DNA of 64,000 nucleotides from Escherichia coli (GTDB lineage Bacteria; Pseudomonadota; Gammaproteobacteria; Enterobacterales; Enterobacteriaceae): NCBI RefSeq assembly GCF_024502345.1, contig NZ_JALDNN010000001.1; one strand, 5' to 3'. Shown piece by piece: positions 10,700 to 23,430 of this stretch (position 1 is its first letter; each line of letters starts with the position of its first letter). The notes under the pieces were generated by a model. It saw only the letters and a program-made list of their open reading frames with translations, ran no database searches and was not told where the DNA came from. The position numbers and the translations under genes were made by a program.

Positions 10700-10991
10700 C
10701 ATTTTTTTAGCTCTTAATATTGCCTTATTCAAATTAGCTTTCTAATGGTATCATCTTTATATAGAAACTGGTGTGTTTTTTGGTTTTTTATTCTGTCGCG
10801 ATTTTGGCTTTTTTTAACCATAAGCTAATGTGATGATCAATTTTACCTTATGGTTAACAGTCTGTTTCGGTGGTAAGTTCAGGCAAAAGAGAACGATTGC
10901 GTTGGGGACCGGGAGTGGCTCCGATGCTGGGTTTCGTGGTGATAATTTCACCATGAAAAGTTGTCAGCCCCGCTTATTCAATGAGGACAAG
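10700..10991 (+). promoter_or_regulatory. gcvTHP promoter and upstream control region
   Basis: About 450 bp AT-rich non-coding region upstream of gcvT; this region is known in E. coli to carry GcvA/Lrp/CRP/PurR sites, but no individual site was mapped here. Confidence 0.5.
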
Positions 10992-12086
10992 ATGGCACAA
11001 CAGACTCCTTTGTACGAACAACACACGCTTTGCGGCGCTCGCATGGTGGATTTCCACGGCTGGATGATGCCGCTGCATTACGGTTCGCAAATCGACGAAC
11101 ATCATGCGGTACGTACCGATGCCGGAATGTTTGATGTGTCACATATGACCATCGTCGATCTCCGCGGCAGCCGCACCCGGGAGTTTCTGCGTTATCTGCT
11201 GGCGAACGATGTGGCGAAGCTCACCAAAAGCGGCAAAGCCCTTTACTCGGGGATGTTGAATGCCTCTGGCGGTGTGATAGATGACCTCATCGTCTACTAC
11301 TTTACTGAAGATTTCTTCCGCCTCGTTGTTAACTCCGCCACCCGCGAAAAAGACCTCTCCTGGATTACCCAACACGCTGAACCTTTCGGCATCGAAATTA
11401 CCGTTCGTGATGACCTTTCCATGATTGCCGTGCAAGGGCCGAATGCGCAGGCAAAAGCTGCCACACTGTTTAATGACGCCCAGCGTCAGGCGGTGGAAGG
11501 GATGAAACCGTTCTTTGGCGTGCAGGCGGGCGATCTGTTTATTGCCACCACTGGTTATACCGGTGAAGCGGGCTATGAAATTGCGCTGCCCAATGAAAAA
11601 GCGGCCGATTTCTGGCGTGCGCTGGTGGAAGCGGGTGTTAAGCCATGTGGCTTGGGCGCGCGTGACACGCTGCGTCTGGAAGCGGGCATGAATCTTTATG
11701 GTCAGGAGATGGACGAAACTATTTCTCCTTTAGCCGCCAACATGGGCTGGACTATCGCCTGGGAACCGGCAGATCGTGACTTTATCGGTCGTGAAGCCCT
11801 GGAAGTGCAGCGTGAGCATGGTACAGAAAAACTGGTTGGTCTGGTGATGACCGAAAAAGGCGTGCTGCGTAATGAACTGCCGGTACGCTTTACCGATGCG
11901 CAGGGCAACCAGCATGAAGGCATTATCACCAGCGGTACTTTCTCCCCGACGCTGGGTTACAGCATTGCGCTGGCGCGCGTGCCGGAAGGTATTGGCGAAA
12001 CGGCGATTGTGCAAATTCGCAACCGTGAAATGCCGGTTAAAGTGACAAAACCTGTTTTTGTGCGTAACGGCAAAGCCGTCGCGTGA
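10992..12086 (+). CDS. gcvT: glycine cleavage system T protein (aminomethyltransferase)
   Basis: ORF 10830..12086; start at [30 protein letters not shown] (ATG 10992), 364 aa. Confidence 0.94.
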
Positions 12087-12109
12087 TTTACTTTTTTGGA
12101 GATTGATTG

Positions 12110-12499
12110 ATGAGCAACGTACCAGCAGAACTGAAATACAGCAAAGAACACGAATGGCTGCGTAAAGAAGCCGACGGCACTTACACCGTTGGTATTACCG
12201 AACATGCTCAGGAGCTGTTAGGCGATATGGTGTTTGTTGACCTGCCGGAAGTGGGCGCAACGGTTAGCGCGGGCGATGACTGCGCGGTTGCCGAATCAGT
12301 AAAAGCGGCGTCAGACATTTATGCGCCAGTAAGCGGTGAAATCGTGGCGGTAAACGACGCACTGAGCGATTCCCCGGAACTGGTGAACAGCGAACCGTAT
12401 GCAGGTGGCTGGATCTTTAAAATCAAAGCCAGCGATGAAAGCGAACTGGAATCACTGCTGGATGCGACCGCATACGAAGCATTGTTAGAAGACGAGTAA
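12110..12499 (+). CDS. gcvH: glycine cleavage system H protein (lipoyl carrier)
   Basis: 129 aa; [20 protein letters not shown]...; lipoyl-lysine motif region. Confidence 0.94.
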
Positions 12500-12617
12500 C
12501 GGCTTTATTCCTCTTCTGCGGGAGAGGATCAGGGTGAGGAAAATTTATGCCTCACCCTCACTCTCTTCGTAAGGAGAGAGGTTCACAATTCACTGCACGT
12601 TTCAGGAACCATCGCTC

Positions 12618-15491
12618 ATGACACAGACGTTAAGCCAGCTTGAAAACAGCGGCGCTTTTATTGAACGCCATATCGGACCGGACGCCGCGCAACAGCAAGA
12701 AATGCTGAATGCCGTTGGCGCACAATCGTTAAACGCGCTGACCGGCCAGATTGTACCGAAAGATATTCAGCTTGCGACCCCGCCGCAGGTTGGCGCACCG
12801 GCGACCGAATACGCCGCACTGGCAGAACTCAAGGCTATTGCCAGTCGCAATAAACGCTTCACGTCTTACATCGGCATGGGTTACACCGCCGTGCAGCTAC
12901 CGCCGGTTATCCTGCGTAACATGCTGGAAAATCCGGGCTGGTATACCGCGTACACTCCGTATCAACCTGAAGTCTCCCAGGGCCGCCTTGAAGCACTGCT
13001 CAACTTCCAGCAGGTAACGCTGGATTTGACTGGACTGGATATGGCCTCTGCTTCTCTTCTGGACGAGGCCACCGCTGCCGCCGAAGCAATGGCGATGGCG
13101 AAACGCGTCAGCAAACTGAAAAATGCCAACCGCTTCTTCGTGGCTTCCGATGTGCATCCGCAAACGCTGGATGTGGTCCGTACTCGTGCCGAAACCTTTG
13201 GTTTTGAAGTGATTGTCGATGACGCGCAAAAAGTGCTCGACCATCAGGACGTCTTCGGCGTGCTATTACAGCAGGTAGGCACTACCGGTGAAATTCACGA
13301 CTACACTGCGCTTATTAGCGAACTGAAATCACGCAAAATTGTGGTCAGCGTTGCCGCCGATATTATGGCGCTGGTGCTGTTAACTGCGCCGGGTAAACAG
13401 GGCGCGGATATTGTTTTTGGTTCGGCGCAACGCTTCGGCGTGCCGATGGGCTACGGTGGCCCACACGCGGCATTCTTTGCGGCGAAAGATGAATACAAAC
13501 GCTCAATGCCGGGCCGTATTATCGGTGTATCGAAAGATGCAGCTGGCAATACCGCGCTGCGCATGGCGATGCAGACTCGCGAGCAACATATCCGCCGTGA
13601 GAAAGCGAACTCCAACATTTGTACTTCCCAGGTACTGCTGGCAAACATCGCCAGCCTGTATGCCGTTTATCACGGCCCGGTTGGCCTGAAACGTATCGCT
13701 AACCGCATTCACCGTTTGACCGATATCCTGGCGGCAGGCCTGCAACAAAAAGGTCTGAAGCTGCGCCATGCGCACTATTTCGACACTCTGTGTGTGGAAG
13801 TGGCCGACAAGGCGGGCGTACTGGCGCGTGCCGAAGCGGCTGAAATCAACCTGCGTAGCGATATCCTGAACGCGGTTGGGATCACCCTTGATGAAACCAC
13901 CACGCGTGAAAACGTAATGCAGCTTTTCAGCGTGCTGCTGGGCGATAACCACGGGCTGGAGATCGACACGCTGGACAAAGACGTGGCTCACGACAGCCGC
14001 TCTATTCAGCCTGCGATGCTGCGCGACGACGAAATCCTCACTCATCCGGTGTTTAATCGCTACCACAGCGAAACCGAAATGATGCGCTATATGCACTCGC
14101 TGGAGCGTAAAGATCTGGCGCTGAATCAGGCGATGATCCCGCTGGGTTCCTGCACCATGAAACTGAACGCCGCCGCCGAGATGATCCCAATCACCTGGCC
14201 GGAATTTGCCGAACTGCATCCGTTCTGCCCGCCGGAGCAGGCCGAAGGTTATCAGCAGATGATTGCGCAGCTGGCTGATTGGCTGGTGAAACTGACCGGT
14301 TACGACGCCGTTTGTATGCAGCCGAACTCTGGCGCACAGGGCGAATACGCGGGCCTGCTGGCGATTCGTCATTATCATGAAAGCCGCAACGAAGGGCATC
14401 GCGATATCTGCCTGATCCCGGCTTCTGCGCACGGCACTAACCCTGCTTCTGCACATATGGCAGGAATGCAGGTGGTGGTTGTGGCATGTGATAAAAACGG
14501 CAACATCGATCTGGCTGATCTGCGCGCGAAAGCGGAACAGGCGGGCGATAACCTCTCCTGTATCATGGTGACCTATCCTTCCACCCACGGCGTGTATGAA
14601 GAAACGATCCGTGAAGTGTGTGAAGTCGTGCATCAGTTCGGCGGTCAGGTTTACCTTGATGGCGCGAACATGAACGCCCAGGTTGGCATCACCTCGCCGG
14701 GCTTTATTGGTGCGGACGTTTCACACCTTAACCTACATAAAACTTTCTGCATTCCGCACGGCGGTGGTGGGCCGGGTATGGGACCGATCGGTGTGAAAGC
14801 GCATCTGGCTCCGTTTGTACCGGGTCATAGCGTGGTGCAAATCGAAGGCATGTTAACCCGTCAGGGCGCAGTTTCTGCGGCACCGTTCGGTAGCGCCTCT
14901 ATCCTGCCAATCAGCTGGATGTACATCCGCATGATGGGCGCAGAAGGGCTGAAAAAAGCAAGCCAGGTGGCAATCCTCAACGCCAACTATATTGCCAGCC
15001 GCCTGCAGGATGCCTTCCCGGTGCTGTATACCGGTCGCGACGGTCGCGTGGCGCACGAATGTATTCTCGATATTCGCCCGCTGAAAGAAGAAACCGGCAT
15101 CAGCGAGCTGGATATTGCCAAGCGCCTGATCGACTACGGTTTCCACGCGCCGACGATGTCGTTCCCGGTGGCGGGTACGCTGATGGTTGAACCGACTGAA
15201 TCTGAAAGCAAAGTGGAACTGGATCGCTTTATCGACGCGATGCTGGCTATCCGCGCAGAAATTGACCAGGTGAAAGCCGGTGTCTGGCCGCTGGAAGATA
15301 ACCCGCTGGTGAACGCGCCGCACATTCAGAGCGAACTGGTCGCCGAGTGGGCGCATCCGTACAGCCGTGAAGTTGCGGTATTCCCGGCAGGCGTGGCAGA
15401 CAAATACTGGCCGACAGTGAAACGTCTGGATGATGTTTACGGCGACCGTAACCTGTTCTGCTCCTGCGTACCGATTAGCGAATACCAGTAA
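12618..15491 (+). CDS. gcvP: glycine dehydrogenase (decarboxylating), P protein
   Basis: 957-aa ORF, PLP-dependent; follows gcvT and gcvH. Confidence 0.95.
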   Translation: MTQTLSQLENSGAFIERHIGPDAAQQQEMLNAVGAQSLNALTGQIVPKDIQLATPPQVGAPATEYAALAELKAIASRNKRFTSYIGMGYTAVQLPPVILRNMLENPGWYTAYTPYQPEVSQGRLEALLNFQQVTLDLTGLDMASASLLDEATAAAEAMAMAKRVSKLKNANRFFVASDVHPQTLDVVRTRAETFGFEVIVDDAQKVLDHQDVFGVLLQQVGTTGEIHDYTALISELKSRKIVVSVAADIMALVLLTAPGKQGADIVFGSAQRFGVPMGYGGPHAAFFAAKDEYKRSMPGRIIGVSKDAAGNTALRMAMQTREQHIRREKANSNICTSQVLLANIASLYAVYHGPVGLKRIANRIHRLTDILAAGLQQKGLKLRHAHYFDTLCVEVADKAGVLARAEAAEINLRSDILNAVGITLDETTTRENVMQLFSVLLGDNHGLEIDTLDKDVAHDSRSIQPAMLRDDEILTHPVFNRYHSETEMMRYMHSLERKDLALNQAMIPLGSCTMKLNAAAEMIPITWPEFAELHPFCPPEQAEGYQQMIAQLADWLVKLTGYDAVCMQPNSGAQGEYAGLLAIRHYHESRNEGHRDICLIPASAHGTNPASAHMAGMQVVVVACDKNGNIDLADLRAKAEQAGDNLSCIMVTYPSTHGVYEETIREVCEVVHQFGGQVYLDGANMNAQVGITSPGFIGADVSHLNLHKTFCIPHGGGGPGMGPIGVKAHLAPFVPGHSVVQIEGMLTRQGAVSAAPFGSASILPISWMYIRMMGAEGLKKASQVAILNANYIASRLQDAFPVLYTGRDGRVAHECILDIRPLKEETGISELDIAKRLIDYGFHAPTMSFPVAGTLMVEPTESESKVELDRFIDAMLAIRAEIDQVKAGVWPLEDNPLVNAPHIQSELVAEWAHPYSREVAVFPAGVADKYWPTVKRLDDVYGDRNLFCSCVPISEYQ

Positions 15492-15513
15492 TTCACTGAT
15501 TCGACTATCTTCT

Positions 15514-15536
15514 AAAGGCGCTTCGGCGCCTTTTTA
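15514..15536 (+). terminator. rho-independent terminator of the gcv operon
   Basis: AAAGGCGCTTCGGCGCCTTTTT hairpin plus T-run, 22 nt after the gcvP stop. Confidence 0.75.
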
Positions 15537-15570
15537 GTCAGATGACAAAGTACAAAAGTGCTCAGACAGT

Positions 15571-15672
15571 CCCCTCGCCCCTTTGGAGAGAGGGTTAGGG
15601 TGAGGGGAACAGGCCGGCACTGGCGCGAATATTTACCCTCACCCCGGCCCTCTCCCTGAAAGGGCGAGGGGA
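15571..15672. repeat. pair of inverted ~36-bp GC-rich repeats (REP/BIME-like palindromic element)
   Basis: CCCCTCGCCCCTTTGGAGAGAGGGTTAGGGTGAGGG at 15571-15606 and its near reverse complement CCCTCACCCCGGCCCTCTCCCTGAAAGGGCGAGGGG at 15637-15672. Confidence 0.6.
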
Positions 15673-15756
15673 AAAGCGTGCCAACATTGAAGATTGAGCC
15701 AGTTTGTTAGCAATCTCAAAGATACGTCAACGAATTAATTTTTCTCGGAAAAACAA

Positions 15757-16500
15757 ATGGCTATAGCACTTGTGACCGGTGGCAGTCGCGGCATCGGGCG
15801 GGCAACTGCATTACTGTTGGCGAAAGAAGAGTATACGGTGGCGGTTAATTATCAACAAAACCTCCATGCGGCGCAGGAAGTGGTGAACTTAATCACGCAA
15901 GCCGGTGGCAAGGCATTCGTGCTCCAGGCGGATATCAGCGACGAAAATCAGGTCATCGCAATGTTTACAGCAATCGATCAGCACGATGAACCGCTAGCAG
16001 CGCTGGTCAATAACGCCGGGATCTTGTTTACCCAGTGCACCGTTGAAAACCTTACCGCAGAGCGAATCAACCGAGTACTTTCCACCAACGTGACGGGATA
16101 TTTTCTCTGCTGCCGCGAGGCGGTAAAACGCATGGCGCTTAAAAATGGTGGCAGTGGCGGCGCTATCGTCAATGTCTCTTCGGTGGCCTCACGGTTGGGT
16201 TCGCCAGGGGAATATGTTGATTACGCGGCATCGAAAGGGGCGATTGATACGTTAACCACCGGACTATCGCTGGAAGTCGCCGCGCAGGGGATCCGCGTTA
16301 ACTGCGTGCGGCCAGGGTTTATTTATACCGAAATGCACGCCAGCGGCGGCGAGCCTGGACGCGTCGATCGCGTTAAGTCGAACATCCCCATGCAGCGTGG
16401 TGGACAGGCAGAAGAGGTCGCGCAGGCCATTGTCTGGCTACTAAGTGATAAAGCCTCTTACGTCACGGGAAGTTTTATCGATTTGGCGGGCGGGAAATAA
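15757..16500 (+). CDS. ygfF: short-chain dehydrogenase/reductase (SDR family oxidoreductase)
   Basis: 247 aa; TGGSRGIG NAD(P)-binding motif near the N-terminus and a YxxxK active-site motif. Confidence 0.9.
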   Translation: MAIALVTGGSRGIGRATALLLAKEEYTVAVNYQQNLHAAQEVVNLITQAGGKAFVLQADISDENQVIAMFTAIDQHDEPLAALVNNAGILFTQCTVENLTAERINRVLSTNVTGYFLCCREAVKRMALKNGGSGGAIVNVSSVASRLGSPGEYVDYAASKGAIDTLTTGLSLEVAAQGIRVNCVRPGFIYTEMHASGGEPGRVDRVKSNIPMQRGGQAEEVAQAIVWLLSDKASYVTGSFIDLAGGK

Positions 16501-16518
16501 AACAGGGAAGTTGTCTGA

Positions 16519-16544
16519 CCGGATGCAACAAGTATTGCATCCGG
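16519..16544. terminator. bidirectional hairpin terminator between ygfF and bglA
   Basis: CCGGATGCAACAAGTATTGCATCCGG perfect palindrome between two convergent genes. Confidence 0.6.
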
Positions 16545-16556
16545 TACTTCATCGAC

Positions 16557-18017
<1,461 letters not shown>

Positions 18018-18034
18018 TTACAGGAAATAGTACC

Positions 18035-18345
18035 ATGCAGCCAAACGACATCACTTTTTTCAACGTTTCCAGGATGACATTCTGGCTGGGCGTAAAACCA
18101 TCACCATCCGCGACGAGTCTGAATCGCACTTCAAAACGGGTGATGTGCTTCGTGTCGGGCGTTTTGAAGATGACGGTTATTTTTGCACGATTGAAGTCAC
18201 CGCAACCTCAACCGTAACGCTGGATACGCTGACGGAAAAACATGCAGAGCAGGAAAATATGACCCTGACTGAACTGATAAAGGTCATTGCCGACATCTAT
18301 CCCGGTCAGACACAGTTTTATGTGATTGAATTTAAATGTCTTTAA
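18035..18345 (+). pseudogene. yqfB: ASCH-domain protein YqfB, reading frame interrupted by a frameshift in a T6 run (18055-18060)
   Basis: ORF 18035..18217 gives MQPNDITFF then unrelated sequence; ORF 18145..18345 in the next frame gives the conserved C-terminus, and that frame read back to 18061 gives [28 protein letters not shown]; together they form one 103-aa protein if one T is added. Confidence 0.7.
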
Positions 18346-18505
18346 ATTGAACTCACGCCTGTTAGTTGAAATTTCGCATTTAATTTCATGATTTTTAGGA
18401 GATTAGTCTCAAATCAGAATTTATTTTAGCTAACAGGTGTTCACTGGAACTATTCTCAGTTACGCTGGAGAGGTATACATGTGCGTGTACGTTTCTCCGG
18501 AGTAA

Positions 18506-19168
<663 letters not shown>

Positions 19169-19174
19169 TGGGTA

Positions 19175-19236
19175 TGCCTTTGTAGGCCTGATAAGACGCG
19201 CCAGCGTCGCATCAGGCGATAAATTCCTGATGCGAT
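19175..19236. repeat. REP (repetitive extragenic palindromic) element
   Basis: GCCTGATAAGACGCGCCAGCGTCGCATCAGGC and a second partial unit between convergent yqfA and ygfZ. Confidence 0.75.
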
Positions 19237-19244
19237 AAAGAGAT

Positions 19245-20225
19245 TTACTCTTCGAGCGAATACGGCAGCGGCTCGATATGCAATGTATTCGCATCGTCGC
19301 GTACGCGGAAGATGCTATCCGGTTCCATATCGTTATTCATGACGACCTGTACCACGACCTGACCATCTTCCAGTTTTACCGCAGCCAGCACCGTACCGGT
19401 ACGACGCCAGTTCTCGCCCATTTTCAGCTCTAAGTCTTCACCAGCTTCCGGCAGTCGGCTGGCGCTACCTGCCAGCAACCAGAGCGCACGTTTATTGGCA
19501 CCACGGAATTTTGCTCGCGCCACCATCTCTTGTCCGGTATAACAGCCTTTCTTAAAGCTGATACCGCCCAGCGCCTGGAGATTGGTCGCCTGTGGGATAA
19601 ACTGCCCGCTGTTGGCGGCATCAATCACCGGGAAACCCGCTTCAATGTTTAATGCCAGCCACTGTTGGCTATTGTTCAGTTCCGCTTCACCGCGCAGTTT
19701 ATCGGTCAGCATATTAGCAGTAGCTTCATCGGTTACGATCAGGAAACGTTCTGCCGGGTGTTCAAACCATAGCAAAGTGGTCGCGCCTTCTTTGACTACC
19801 TGTTTTTCTTTCGAAGGCAGTTCGCTAAAGAGATTTGCCAGCGCGGCGCGCGCCTGAAAACCGGCAACACCAAGCAGCACACGCTCGTCGTCTGGCGCGA
19901 TGGTCACTTTAGAGAATACCGCATATTTTTTCAGTTCAGTCAGCTGCGGTTCACGCACGCTGCGCCGTTCAATCCATGCAAAGCCATCGCCGTCGCGGAA
20001 CAGACGTAAATTGCTCCACATTTTACCTTTGGCGTCGCAATGGGCGGCGAGCAGGTGCTGATCTTCTGCCATCTGGCTGACATCTGCTGTCACCTGACCC
20101 TGCATATATTTTTCGCTGTCCGCGCCAGTAATGGTGGCAAGCGCCCAGTCATCAAGCGTCATCAGCGTCAGCGGTAAACGGGCAGAAGCCGTAGGCTGAC
20201 GGGGAGGAAAAGGTGTAAAAGCCAT
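19245..20225 (-). CDS. ygfZ: folate-binding Fe-S cluster repair protein YgfZ
   Basis: 326 aa; C-terminal KGCYTGQE motif typical of YgfZ. Confidence 0.92.
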   Translation of the reverse strand: MAFTPFPPRQPTASARLPLTLMTLDDWALATITGADSEKYMQGQVTADVSQMAEDQHLLAAHCDAKGKMWSNLRLFRDGDGFAWIERRSVREPQLTELKKYAVFSKVTIAPDDERVLLGVAGFQARAALANLFSELPSKEKQVVKEGATTLLWFEHPAERFLIVTDEATANMLTDKLRGEAELNNSQQWLALNIEAGFPVIDAANSGQFIPQATNLQALGGISFKKGCYTGQEMVARAKFRGANKRALWLLAGSASRLPEAGEDLELKMGENWRRTGTVLAAVKLEDGQVVVQVVMNNDMEPDSIFRVRDDANTLHIEPLPYSLEE

Positions 20226-20455
20226 AATAGAGTCCTGAGTTGCTTAACGGCGTATTAATGACTAATGGTAAAAGAGCTATGAGGCAATGCAAGTGCTTTC
20301 ACTACGCGATCTGTGCCTTCTGCGAGGCGACTTCCAAAAAAATGAAGCCATTGAATTGTTGTGAATTAATTTCGCGATCGCGATGGTGTTTACTGATATT
20401 CCCGTAAAAGAAGGCGAAAAACACGTTACAATAGCCGGGTACTGGATTTTCGTGA

Positions 20456-21128
<673 letters not shown>

Positions 21129-21161
21129 CGGCAAAGCATATGCGCTAAGCCGTCAGTGACA

Positions 21162-21683
21162 TCAGGCGTAATGCTCTGCCATTTCGTTGAGGATTTGTTC
21201 ACACCAGCTCTGAATACGCTCGTCGCTAAGGTCATACTGGTTAGTTTCGTCCAGCGCCAGCCCCACGAACAGTTGCCCGTCAGCAATCACCGGTTTCGGG
21301 CTGGTAAATTCATATCCTTCCGTTGGCCAGTAGCCGACGAACTTCACGCCTTTGGTCGAGAGTTTGTCATGCAGCATACCGAGCGCATCGAGGAACCACT
21401 CGCCGTATCCCAGTTGATCGCCAAGCCCATACAGCGCAACAATTTTACCTTCGAGGTTCAGGTCGTCGAGCTGATCCCAGACGGCTTCCCAGTCTTCCTG
21501 GATTTCACCAAAATCCCAGGTCGGGATACCCAGAATGAGCACATCGTACTGCTCCATTAATTTCGGGGCGTCGTCCTTGAGGTTATGTAAGGTCACCAGT
21601 TCTGGGCCGATAATATCGCGGATTTTTTCTGCCGCCATTTCGGTGTAACAGGTGCTGGAACCGTAAAAAAGACCCATATTCAT
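21162..21683 (-). CDS. fldB: flavodoxin 2
   Basis: 173 aa; [21 protein letters not shown]... flavodoxin fold. Confidence 0.93.
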   Translation of the reverse strand: MNMGLFYGSSTCYTEMAAEKIRDIIGPELVTLHNLKDDAPKLMEQYDVLILGIPTWDFGEIQEDWEAVWDQLDDLNLEGKIVALYGLGDQLGYGEWFLDALGMLHDKLSTKGVKFVGYWPTEGYEFTSPKPVIADGQLFVGLALDETNQYDLSDERIQSWCEQILNEMAEHYA

Positions 21684-21794
21684 AACGTAAGCTTCTCGAT
21701 TCTGCTGTGGCTTTTGCGGCTAGTGTATCAGAATCGCTTTAGTCACGGCACAATAAGGCATAATGGATCAAATGAGTGACCATAAGGGGCGCAA

Positions 21795-22691
21795 GTGAAA
21801 CAGGATCTGGCACGCATCGAGCAGTTTCTTGATGCTCTGTGGCTGGAAAAAAATCTGGCTGAAAATACGTTGAACGCTTACCGTCGCGATCTGTCAATGA
21901 TGGTGGAGTGGTTGCATCACCGCGGGTTGACGCTGGCGACGGCGCAAAGTGACGATTTGCAGGCATTACTGGCAGAAAGGCTGGAGGGCGGGTATAAAGC
22001 CACCAGCTCGGCACGTTTGCTGAGTGCAGTGCGTCGATTGTTCCAGTATCTTTATCGCGAAAAGTTTCGTGAAGACGATCCCAGTGCGCATCTCGCTTCA
22101 CCGAAATTGCCACAGCGTTTGCCAAAAGATTTAAGCGAAGCGCAGGTCGAACGTTTATTACAGGCACCATTAATTGATCAGCCACTGGAGCTACGCGATA
22201 AAGCCATGCTTGAAGTGTTGTATGCTACCGGGCTGCGTGTCTCTGAACTGGTCGGACTGACAATGAGTGATATCAGCCTGCGTCAGGGCGTAGTGCGGGT
22301 CATTGGTAAAGGCAACAAAGAGCGCCTGGTGCCGTTAGGTGAAGAGGCGGTTTACTGGCTGGAAACGTATCTCGAGCATGGGCGACCGTGGTTGTTGAAC
22401 GGTGTCTCTATTGATGTGTTGTTCCCCAGCCAGCGTGCGCAGCAGATGACGCGACAGACCTTCTGGCACCGCATTAAACATTATGCCGTGCTGGCGGGTA
22501 TCGACAGCGAAAAGCTGTCACCGCATGTGTTGCGTCACGCTTTTGCCACTCATTTATTAAATCATGGTGCGGATTTACGTGTGGTGCAGATGTTGTTGGG
22601 TCATAGCGATCTATCCACCACCCAAATTTATACGCATGTCGCCACCGAGCGTTTGCGTCAACTTCATCAACAGCATCACCCGCGGGCTTGA
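21795..22691 (+). CDS. xerD: site-specific tyrosine recombinase XerD
   Basis: 298 aa; C-terminal catalytic residues in HVLRHAFATHLL...LGHSDLSTTQIYTHV. Confidence 0.95.
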   Translation: MKQDLARIEQFLDALWLEKNLAENTLNAYRRDLSMMVEWLHHRGLTLATAQSDDLQALLAERLEGGYKATSSARLLSAVRRLFQYLYREKFREDDPSAHLASPKLPQRLPKDLSEAQVERLLQAPLIDQPLELRDKAMLEVLYATGLRVSELVGLTMSDISLRQGVVRVIGKGNKERLVPLGEEAVYWLETYLEHGRPWLLNGVSIDVLFPSQRAQQMTRQTFWHRIKHYAVLAGIDSEKLSPHVLRHAFATHLLNHGADLRVVQMLLGHSDLSTTQIYTHVATERLRQLHQQHHPRA

Positions 22692-22714
22692 TTGCTGAGA
22701 AAACAGGACGATTT

Positions 22715-23425
22715 ATGAAGAAAGGTTTTATGTTATTTACGTTGTTGGCGGCGTTTTCAGGCTTTGTTCAGGCGGATGACGCGGCAATTCAACAAACGTT
22801 AGCCAAAATGGGCATTAAAAGCAGCGATATTCAGCCAGCACCCGTGGCTGGCATGAAGACTGTGCTGACTAACAGCGGTGTGTTGTACATCACCGATGAC
22901 GGTAAACATATCATTCAGGGGCCAATGTATGACGTTAGCGGCACGGCTCCGGTCAATGTCACCAATAAGATGCTGTTAAAGCAGTTGAATGCGCTTGAAA
23001 AAGAGATGATCGTTTATAAAGCACCGCAGGAAAAACACGTCATCACCGTGTTTACTGATATTACCTGTGGTTACTGCCACAAACTGCATGAGCAAATGGC
23101 AGACTATAACGCGCTGGGGATCACCGTGCGTTATCTTGCCTTCCCGCGCCAGGGGCTGGACAGCGATGCAGAGAAAGAAATGAAAGCTATCTGGTGTGCG
23201 AAAGATAAAAACAAAGCGTTTGATGATGTGATGGCAGGTAAAAGCGTCGCACCAGCCAGTTGCGACGTGGATATTGCCGACCATTACGCACTTGGCGTCC
23301 AGCTTGGCGTTAGCGGTACTCCGGCAGTTGTGCTGAGCAATGGCACACTTGTCCCGGGTTACCAGCCGCCGAAAGAGATGAAAGAATTCCTCGACGAACA
23401 CCAAAAAATGACCAGCGGTAAATAA
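22715..23425 (+). CDS. dsbC: periplasmic disulfide isomerase DsbC
   Basis: ORF 22688..23425; start at MKKGFMLFTLLAAFSGFVQA (signal peptide); CGYC active site. Confidence 0.93.
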   Translation: MKKGFMLFTLLAAFSGFVQADDAAIQQTLAKMGIKSSDIQPAPVAGMKTVLTNSGVLYITDDGKHIIQGPMYDVSGTAPVNVTNKMLLKQLNALEKEMIVYKAPQEKHVITVFTDITCGYCHKLHEQMADYNALGITVRYLAFPRQGLDSDAEKEMKAIWCAKDKNKAFDDVMAGKSVAPASCDVDIADHYALGVQLGVSGTPAVVLSNGTLVPGYQPPKEMKEFLDEHQKMTSGK

Positions 23426-23430
23426 TTCGC

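Noticed and set aside
13503-14633. 376-aa ORF on the minus strand inside gcvP; similar long antisense ORFs at 25316..26320 (inside prfB), 26348..27763 (inside lysS), 7180..7884 (inside pepP), 33571..33972 and others
   Set aside because: They lie fully antisense within well-supported conserved genes, have no recognisable motifs and show low-complexity composition; they are typical spurious stop-free antisense frames.
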